Part shown: positions 1 to 10,500 of the stretch, piece by piece | Position numbering within the stretch: position 1 is the first letter of the stretch | Layout: the number at the start of each line of letters is the position of its first letter | Assembly: GCA_037379345.1 (NCBI GenBank) | Contig: CM074519.1 | Span: 41,708,851 to 41,772,850 of the forward strand | DNA: 64,000 nt | Direction of reading: 5' to 3' | Origin: Perna viridis | Taxonomy: Eukaryota | Position numbers and translations under genes: made by a program | Notes under the pieces: generated by a model | What the model was told of the DNA's origin: nothing | Seen by the model: the letters and a program-made list of their open reading frames with translations, nothing else | The model's database searches: none

Positions 1-226
1 TCTATTTTTAGTAATAGCAGCCATGTTTTTTTATCCATACGGTCATTTTGTGCAGGATACTATGAGGAACAGTCATTATAAGTTTCGTGTAAATCAATTC
101 AGAAGTTTCAGAGGAGAAGATGTTTGAAGTAATTGTTAACGACCACAACAACGACAACGATGATGATGACCACAGACGCCAAGTGATGGCAATAGCTCAC
201 ATGGCCTACGGCCAGGTGAGCTAAAA
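1..226 (+). mobile_element. 3' end of a bivalve HINE/Helentron-type non-autonomous element
   Basis: (gac/aac/gat)n microsatellite, then cgccaagtgatggcaatagctcac-atggcc-tac-ggcc-aggtgagctaaaaa terminal hairpin. Confidence 0.75.
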
Positions 227-699
227 ATGTGTCGAATGTCTATGTATTGAGACAATACTATAAAAATGAGTTACACTGCAAGTATAAATGTTTCTTCTAA
301 AATGATGCAACATGCTTCTTTTTTTTAAATTACACTAATTTCAGCTAGTGAATGATGGATCAAAATTTTCAGTAAAGAACATCAGCATATTACCATTTTA
401 CATCCATGGTTGGATAACAAATGCTTTGTTCAAGAATCATATTGTTAATAATGTTTGTTCTGGATTCAATTTAAAAGTAGACATTGCCCCTACTGGTACT
501 AATACCCCCACAGCCTGTTGAATCCTGTACATTTGTGGACCAATGTAGCCACACAATTCATATTGGACACAATTATTATGGCAAATAAACTAACCACTTT
601 CGACACACAATTTTGCTGCCATTTCAAAAACACCCAACTTCAAACTGCAACAGTACTTTTTTTGACAACATAATGACAGAATATGACTGCAAATTTACT

Positions 700-1165
700 T
701 TAAACATAAATTCCTGATTATATGCAAGTCCCAATATGGTAAATTAACACCCCATAAAGTTTCACAACTATCCTGTGAGTTGTTAAGGAGTTGAGGACAA
801 CAAATGAGGCCAAGTCCAACAGCTGTCATTTCTAAAAGTTTTGCCCAAACATAAATTCCAGAAAATATGAACATATCACAATATGGTAATCTAATATTCC
901 ATTAAGTTTCATAACAATCCAATAAGTTGTTGAGAAGGAGTCTCGTAGTTGAGGACAAAGCATGAGACCAAGTTTTGCTGAAAAAGGCCCAAGTTCAAAC
1001 AGCTGACATTTCTTCAATCTTGGTCAAAACGAATTACTGACAGTATGCACATCTCCATGTGGTTATATTACATCTGACAAAGTTTCATAATGCTGCAAGC
1101 TGCTAATAAAGTAGTTCCAAAAGACAGACGGACAGACAGGCTTCGTTTGCAGGGTGTTTCAACAC
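700..1165 (+). repeat. Degenerate HINE-type repeat with tandem cores
   Basis: Repeated aagtttca-aacaatcc...agttgaggacaa units ending in a gacagacggacagac microsatellite. Confidence 0.55.
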
Positions 1166-1189
1166 GATATTATCAAGAATCTACATTAC

Positions 1190-1538
1190 CTCCTTTTCTC
1201 CAACATCTGCCATCAGATAAATTTCTTATCGTCTCTACATCACTCTCCAGAACTTTCTTAAAAACAGTATTTATAATCAGCTCCTTAATCTCTTTATCTA
1301 CATGCTGACAATTCCGTGATTTCTCTTTATTCTGTTCTCTTGGTTCAAAATCTGTGGACCATTTCTGTCCACTGTCAAGTTTTTGGTATTTAGCACTTCC
1401 AGGGTCTGATTCTCCGGTTGAGTTGTCATGGCTCTTTGTCTTTGATTTTGACCTTGACTGAATATAAACAGTTCTTCTACTGTCCACTTCTGCCTCCTCT
1501 GATTCAGGATATGTTCTGTCTTGTCCAATAAAACACAC
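1190..1538 (-). CDS. TRMT44: TRMT44 exon 9
   Basis: VCFIGQDRTY...FEPREQ...RNC...RCWRKG G|gtaatg. Confidence 0.88.
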
Positions 1539-4500
1539 CTATTAATATAGGTCAAACATATATCTTGAATTCTAATATGATGTTCCACAATTGTCAAATG
1601 ATATACTTGTATTACCGAATATATCTACTCCTGGGAGATTCAGATGCAGAAATAGCTTTTTTGTCACATTAGAATAGAAATAATTCATGTTAGGTATTGA
1701 GTTGTACTCGTTTACACATGGGCTGGGTCATTATATTTATTATTAGTGAGGTATAAAATATCAATATAAAGGCCCCATTAATATAAAAACTCAGTCCATG
1801 TGTAAATGAGTACAACACCATACCCGTATGAACTATTTCTTTCAAATGCATACATTTACATGCTGGATATATCCCCACTCCTACAGGTAACTAATATCAC
1901 ATAACAACAAAAACTTCATGCTACATGTATATAAACCATGTATCATATTTTAAATCAATTACTCCAATGGCAGCCATACTGTAAACATATTCATTTTGGC
2001 CGCTTCTGTCAAGTGAACATATTCATGGGTATCAATTATTTCTCCATCCAAAACTGGTCTTTGATAGCATTTTTTTTTATACTTGTTTATAGAAAATATG
2101 TGTATAAAACTTGCAGTAAAGGACATCCATGAACTAAAAGAAATGCAGGTTTGGTTGTAGCAGAACAAATTTAAAAGCGTCCATGACAGACATATACACA
2201 AGGGAATATAAATTAAAAAAAAAAGAAAGAACATCAAAACTAAGAGATATATGTAGATACTTATTACTTACTCTTTTTGTGGAGGGTATTCTCAATGTAT
2301 CCTCCTGAACATTGAACCCACAGACCTTTCCAACTTCCTTCACAAAGTTGAGGTACGTCCTGTAGTTACTTAGACCAGGCTGTTTACTGCCAAACTTACA
2401 ATCAAAATCATAGTGGCAACATGGGAGAACAAAGTACTGACAAGTGTAACTGGATCTGGAATAAAAAAAAATGTCATGGTGTTTAATAAAATGATTCATG
2501 GTGTGTAGCTTGGTACAACCACTCAGGACAAACTCTTGATAGTTGGGCAAGTATTGACATACCAATCAATCATAATAGAGCCTTGGATTTTCATTTGCTG
2601 AAAGATAAGAATTTCACCAAAAGTGAAGTGGCTCATTTTTTTATTTTTAATTCATAAATGGTACGTGTCAAAATTTCCGAAATCAATCCCAATCTTCTTG
2701 GCAATTGTGGTACAATTTCAAAGAAATCCATTCACTTTCATTCAAGTTAGCATGTAGACATTGAGATAATGCTTGTTCCTGAATGGTTCCTGAAGTTACA
2801 ACCCCCACAAATTAATCTCGGCCTTTCCTTGGTGGTATGACACCTTGTGTTGTGCTGTAATTTTAAAGAGCTCCATTAGTCCTGACTTCAGGAAAATACT
2901 TGTTTCTAAACCTTGTTTTTAATTTTGATATAGATCAACTATTAAGATATCACATGAAAACCAAGTCTCTACCAGCAATGATGTGGACAACAGTGCCATA
3001 CAATGTTACAACTGCATTTTTTTTTAAGTTGAATAAAAGATGAAGACAAAGAAGACAGGAACAACATGAAGTTAGGTATATTTGCATATGCCTTTACTCT
3101 GTTACTGATATGGAGGATAACGGAAAAAGACGAATTTTGCCAAACATTTCATCCAAATATTACTACATGGAATATGCCAAGATTATTTCTGCATTATTTG
3201 TTATCCTGATTTAGCTAGATTCATCTCAGTTAATATCATTGGAAAAACATATAACTACCTAGAGTTATCCCTCTTTGTATTCAGATATAAATTTGCATTC
3301 CCCTCCATCTATTCCAATGTTCAAAGGGGTATAACTCCAACAAAGTCAGTAGATCACGAATTCCTTGATTGAATATACAAAATTGTATATCATATCTTAT
3401 CTACCCTCAACTTTTCAAGAAATTTGGTGAAGTAGTTTCCTAAAATTGATGGACATACAAACCCAAAAGAAATGCTTGCATTCGGCACTTTTCTGTCCTC
3501 AATTCTTCATAGTTAAGGTCATAACCGAAAAAAAAAATCAATCACAGTATGATCTTTGTGGTATGAAACCTTGTGGTACCATTGCACAAAAATCTTAACA
3601 CTTATGAAATTATGTAGTCAAATTGAATGAAATACAGTCCTTTGACCATCATTCCTAAACAATGTGGGTCATAACTCCTCTAAGCTATTGTCTACAAAAC
3701 AGGAAAATGCTTGTGTTCCCTTCACTTTATATACTGAAGCTAATTTCATATTTTATTAATGCTTGTTTATATGACCACCATTTTTTTATGTTTTTTTTTT
3801 TAATTTAAAAATCTATATAAAGAATTAGCAACATACCTTGCTGCTATAAGAGGGATCCAGGGGGTTAACTCATCACTGTGGTTACCAATTAGCCAATCAT
3901 ATTCAGGAAATGTATTCTCTGCTGATGGTGTGACTGTTACTTCCTTAAAGCATTATGAACAATATATGCTATAATGTGGAACAGCAAATCACCTACATAA
4001 TGTTGTTTCATCACCAGAATAATAAGTTGTGAATGCAAAAAGTGTAAAGTTTACAAATGCACCCAACCCCACTTAATTAAAATATGTCAATTTTATAAGA
4101 TTTCAAAATGGACTGCAGAAGTGATACATGTACCTAACGTCTATTACATGAAGTAAGTGATGGATATTGCATTTCAAAAGACCTTAAGTTTTAGAAATTT
4201 AAACTTTTATAAACAGAAAATGTAGAGCAAAATTTTGAGGTTTTGGCTCTGAGTTGTCATTAGTAATGTTTTTGTTTTATTTATCATTTAGATGACACAG
4301 AAATAAAATCAACAATCTACATGTAGTTTTTATGTAAACTACATAAAATTTGAAACTGAAAAAATAACAGATACCAACCATATTGATACACATGTACATG
4401 GAACAACAAAACTCCCACAAATTTCAGTGGTAAAAATTATGATACTATGCACAACTACATATCTACACAGTTTCATGAAATTACCAAGGACTTGAGCTTA

Positions 4501-7500
4501 TGAAAGTGTGACAGTTGTACAAGGCAGAAACAATGTCTCCCCACCACATAATTACAATTAAATGGCCCTAATATGGCAACATTTCAATAACAATTCAAAT
4601 TAACAAAAATCATTATAATGAACATCAATGCATTAATTTGAAGTAATATTTTTACAATATACAAAACAATTACTTAGTAATAATTTAAATAATCTATAAT
4701 ATCATTCCTAGTATCATGAACAAGAACATTATATTTTCTAGTCTTAAAACAATCAAAAATATATTGCAAAAATAATATTATTCATGATAGTAAAACTTTT
4801 AATATTTTTCTGAGATTATATTACAGTAAAGTGTCTTCAAATTACTGTACACAGAACATTCTAAAAGAAAATTTATTTTGCCTTCTATGTAGTTTTATTT
4901 ACATTCTGTTTATATATACCTTAAGAACTGTACTGTCTCCATACATATCCCAAATCTTCCTCTTCCGAATATCAAGACCAACACCAGGGTGCTGTAAGGT
5001 ATATAATAGAAACAATTTGGACAGTTGAATAATAGAGAGCAGCTTTTGTTAAAAGTACAACTATGAAGGATCCCACAATATTTGATAATTTAAGTATTGG
5101 AATAGCTTCTGTGCCAGTGAATTGGCTAGATACTGAAAAGTTGAAAAAATAAGTTGTCCTGAAGACATAAAAGCATAATCTGGAAATTCCTGAAACACTG
5201 TATGTAGCAACTTATTTATTTTTAAAGTCAGAATAAAAAAGGATCTTACAATCCTGTCAGTTAAATAATGAAATCTCTCAATAAAGTTTTACTGTCTTGA
5301 TTGTAGAAATGTGGTAACCACCTACTGATTAAGATTCTATACATAGAACATATTTCAACTTTACTAAGTAAGACCTACATAATTCAAAGCATATTTCTAT
5401 CAAAATAATCCAACATCCCACTCCATTTCCAAACCTTACCCCTTAACACAATATGTATATGTTCTATTACCAGTAGACCATTTCCACATTCCAGATCTTC
5501 CCCTTTAGAAGACAATATGTGTACCAGCAGACCGACCAACCCCTTCAGAAGAAAGTCTGAGTACCAGTAGACCATTCCAACATCCCAGACCTACCCCCTC
5601 AGAAGACAGTATGTGTACCAGTAGACCATTCCCCCATCCAAGACCTACCCCTTCAGAAGACAGTATGTGAACCAGCAGAGGATTCACATATCCTAGACCT
5701 ACCCCTCCAGATGACAGTATGTGTACCAGTAGACCATTCCCCCATCCAAGACCTACCCCTCCAGAAGACAGTATGTGTACCAGTAGACCATTCCCCCATC
5801 CAAGACCTACCCCTTCAGAAGACAGTATGTGTACCAGTAGACCATTCCCATGTCCCAGACCTACCCCTTCAGAAGACGGTATGTGTACCAGTAGACCATT
5901 CCCCCATCCAAGACCTACCCCTCCAGAAGACAGTATGTGTACCAGTAGACCATTCCCCCATCCAAGACCTACCCCTTCAGAAGACAGTATGTGTACCAGT
6001 AGACCATTCCCATGTCCCAGACCTACCCCTTTAGAAGACAGTATGTGTACCAGTAGACCATTCCCATGTCCCAGACCTACCCCTTCAGAAGACAGTATGT
6101 GTACCAGTAGACCATTCCCATGTCCCAGACCTATCCCTTCAGAAGACAGTATGTGTACCAGTAGACCATTCCCCCATCCAAGACCTATCCCTCTAGAAGA
6201 CAGTATGTGTACCAGTAGACCATTCCCATGTCCCAGACCTACCCCTTCAGAAGACAGTATGTGTACCAGTAGACCATTCCCATGTCCCAGACCTATCCCT
6301 TCAGAAGACAGTATGTGTACCAGTAGACCATTCCCCCATCCAAGACCTATCCCTCTAGAAGACAGTATGTGTACCAGTAGACCATTCCCACATCCAAATC
6401 CTACCCCTTCAGAAGACAGTATGTGTACCAACAGACCATTCCCACATCCCAGACCTACCCCTTCAGAAGACAGTATGTGTACCAGGAGACCATTCCCACA
6501 TCCAAGATCTACAAAGGATTGTTTCTTCTCTAACTTCTTTTTCTCTCTTTCCATCTTCCATAATACCTACAAAAAGAGATAAATGAAAAACCATTAGTTC
6601 CTTCTGTAAGTTCATACTCAATCACAGCTTAAAACATCAGTGACATATAAACAATTTTTAGTTTGCAACTGTCTTTTTCTCCCGGGAAACATAACATTAA
6701 AAAATTAAAAAATCTATGGATCTTCTCTTTGGCGTAGTTGTCCATCGATCACTTCACAAAATGTTTTTATATCCAAAGAGTACAGTAACATTGTAGTAAA
6801 AGTTTAAAGGAGCAATCAAGGGAACCAATATTTTAGTGGAAAACAAAAGAATGTAATCCAGAGACAAAGATCACACATGGAAAACAGATACACACAAAAA
6901 AGAACATTATTTTAAGTTCGGTGATTTAAGGTGAGTTAGTCAACAGCATGGGAAACAATTAAATTTCTTAAATTATGGCTCATCATGAACACTGCATACA
7001 GGAAAGGCATATAACTACTTTACCAGCAAGTAAGAAGCTATGGCTACATCTTCATAAACAAACTTTTGTGGATCTGTACTTTCAGGCCAGTTCTAAAATA
7101 AAAAGAATAGTGATTAAAGGTTTTATTATCAACTGGAAACCACAAAGTTTATTCTTTAACAATCACCTTTAATTCATGCTGATTATTTCATAGTCTTCTT
7201 CTCTTATAATTCTTAAATCTATTTAAAAAAAAACATCAACAATTCTTCCAAAAGCTCAGCCAAGCATCAAGTATTTTGACCTATTTGTACACTTTCATCA
7301 TCTTCATACCCCAACAAAAAATACATTTACTTTAGTATCAGCATTGACAAAGGTGGAAATAACTTGAATTAAACAGTGAGTACTCTTTTGAGGAAGGTAC
7401 AGTTTGTTGTCTTTTGTTCTATTTGTTAAGGTGTTCTGTATCCATCTCAAGAGTGAAATCTAACACTGACAGATTGTTTTATTGATGTATTTTCCCACCC

Positions 7501-10500
7501 CTGTCCCTGGTTAGGGGAAGGGTTGAATGCTCACAAACATGTTTAAACCCAGCCAGATACTTTATGTGCCTGTCCAGAGCCAAGAACCAGTAGTTCAGTG
7601 GTTGTTGGTTTTTTTATGTTCATTGCTATTCCTTTTATGTTTTTTCTTTAGTTTAGGTCAATTTCATCTTTTATGGATAGTTTCATATAATCTATTTTGG
7701 GGTCTTTAACAGGTCACTTTAAGATATGGGTTTTACCATCATTGAAGATGCAGGGACGGATCCAGGGGGGCCCTGTCCCCTCTTAGAATTGCAATTTTTA
7801 AAAATTGTTGAAATATTGTTCAAGATACCCCCAGAATGCAGGATTTAAGGTTTGATATTTCAAAATTTTATTGAAATTTTATCCAAAGCCCCTAACAAAT
7901 TCAGATCACTTCGTGACCTGTGATCCTGTCAAGAAATTTTTATGAGGCCCCCCATTACCTAAAACTCTGGATCCACCATTGAGATGTATGGTGACCTGTA
8001 GAAGTTATTTGCCATTTGGTGGATGACTAGCAATCATACCACATTTCCTATTTTCACATCCTTACAACAGTAATCACAAACAATTGTAAACATAAAATAA
8101 AGTAATTCATGATTTACTACAACTAATCCAATAAAACATTAAAAACTTTTTGTGAATATAGCAACTGGAAACTAAAAAAAATTTCTAAAAATTCTAATTT
8201 GTTGCGACATCACATCATTATATTTATCTTTTTTATTTCATCAACTATTAATAGTTGATACTATAAATGCGATTCATTTTTACAGCCAGAATCTAACTAG
8301 AAAAACTCAGACCAAATCTCACTAAAGGATACTCCCCCTCATCAGTAACTATATGGTTAAATTAATAAAGAAAGATGTTGAATATGAAGTAGGTGTTGCT
8401 TCAATCTGAAATCATTCTCACAGTAAAGCTTCCATCACAGTATTAGGTTGCCATGGTAAGTAGTTGCAGAGAAAACTAAGAAAAAATTGTGAACAGATGA
8501 ACAGATGTACTAACAGACAGACTGAAAACACAACTAATGATCAAATTACCACCCACAAAGCAGAGGATATTATAATTGGAACTTTAATCTAGCATCCCTT
8601 ACCTGAACAAAATATCTTCCATACTTTTCCTTTAATGTGTTGTAAACCTGGCTATACTCCTCAATGGGAAGTTGTCTAAGGGAAGTAACTGTTGTTTTTA
8701 GTTTGGACTCAGCACTCCAGGAACATAGCTTTGGTAATAAAACAGTGGACATCCAATCAAGAACACTTGATTCATCACATGACTCTGTAATATTTATCTT
8801 CTTCAGCTGAATTCTAAAATATACCTTATTGATATAGAATCATTTTGTTCATGGATGGTAACACTGCTAGTTACTGTTTTTTTTTGCCAAGTATGCAGTG
8901 AGTAGGAGACAGAGTGACAATTGAATGGTTCTGAGTTCAAATAATGCTTTGGGGTGAGATGACATATGCCTAACTACAGGCCAAGATTCTGTGAGCTAGC
9001 ACAATAAAAATCCAGCTCAGCTTGTCATAGTATTAACAAAATTATGTGTTAATTTTGTCAAAAATTTTACCCTCACAAATTGTATCCCTAGGAATTACCA
9101 GATCAAATCAAGCACTTTCAAGTAACAACTTTTTGTGATAAAAGATTGTTAAAGAAGACTTATATTGATTATGTATGTACCTGTTGTTGGATTGCTCTGG
9201 ACCAGTAACAAACACTAACTGGTAGGATGATACATCTGGAAACTTTTCCTCATTATATACATAAAATGATGCTACTACACTCCTCTCTTTGTCTAAAATA
9301 CAGTATCATAAATGTTCTGGGTTTCATATGATGTAAAATGTATCAAGTGTGAAATGATTACTAGATGTTCACTTTATACATGTATATAACTTGGTCCTAT
9401 TGTCTACTTCTCAGATGAGTAGATAATTGTGATTATATATCACAACAATGTGATACCATCAAGCACATTCTTTTCTTTTTTTTGGTTGCAATTGGTTATT
9501 GTGTGATTGTTTCATGTTGACAATGAAATCTGATTGGTTAAAAGAATCATACTGACAGTTCTTGCACTGTTCTCATAGACAGAAAATCCTTTAAATTTCA
9601 TGCCAAATATCAAGCACTGAAATATTCCAAATGATATCTCATTAAACCCAGGCAAACTACAAAGTTATTCAATTTCAAAATCATAACAATGTGGGTAAGG
9701 CAATATACCCAGTAATTAAATCATCAATGCTTACAACACTGTACTAAACATGACCTGTGACATTGTCAAAACTGATTTGTGACATTGTTGCCTGATCTGT
9801 GAGATTGCTATCATACATGTGACATTGTTATCTGATCTCTGACATTGTTATCTGTTCTGTGATATTGCTATCATATACATGACATTGTTATCTGATCTCT
9901 GACATTGTTATCTGTTCTGTGATATTGCTATCATATACGTGACATTGTTAACTGATCTGTGACATTGCTATCATACATTTGACAATGTTATCTGATCTGT
10001 GACATTTCTATCATACATGTGACAATTTTATCTGATCTGTGACATTGTTATCATACATGTGACATTGTTATCTGTGTGACTTTGCCCATGTATGATCATT
10101 GAAGACAATGGTTGTATTGATGAACAATTTATAGAGAGCTACGATGATCAGACGTATTACAGTCCTGATCTTCATCAATATATGAAAATGAGAGAGTGAC
10201 ATCACTTTAATTTTGGTGTTGTCAGAGGGTAAAATGACCAACACCAGGACAACTACTTTGCCCAATCGCCAGTAGCATGAACTATGATCAACAGTCTGTT
10301 GACAGGCAGCTCAGTACTGACATGTAGTCATAAGTTGGTGTTACCTTTAGTTTTTCATTCACTGTTGATGTGGCAAACATGAAAGATTTCTTTTATTCTT
10401 ATTTGAATCAAAGAAATTTTTCCTTGAATTGAACTGGTTTATGTTTTATATAGTTCTATTCCAGACAATTATTTAAAAGGATTTTAAAAGTCATGACTTA

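Noticed and set aside
480-650. Candidate next TRMT44 exon on the minus strand
   Set aside because: The phase required after exon 9 hits a stop at once and there is no Trm44 C-terminal motif; the remaining exons probably lie outside the window.
5505-6554. 349-aa ORF as a standalone repeat protein
   Set aside because: It starts inside TRMT44 exon 5 and reads through the donor into the array; treated as exon plus repeat.
5711-6582. Plus-strand ORFs of 107 and 287 aa (MCTSRPFPHPRPTP... repeats)
   Set aside because: Antisense by-products of the 54-bp repeat, whose length is a multiple of 3; no independent gene evidence.
10095-10330. Coding-looking stretch (EDNGCIDEQFIESYDDQTYYSPDLHQY...) in TRMT44 intron 1
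   Set aside because: Interrupted by stops, no recognisable family and no clear splice context.
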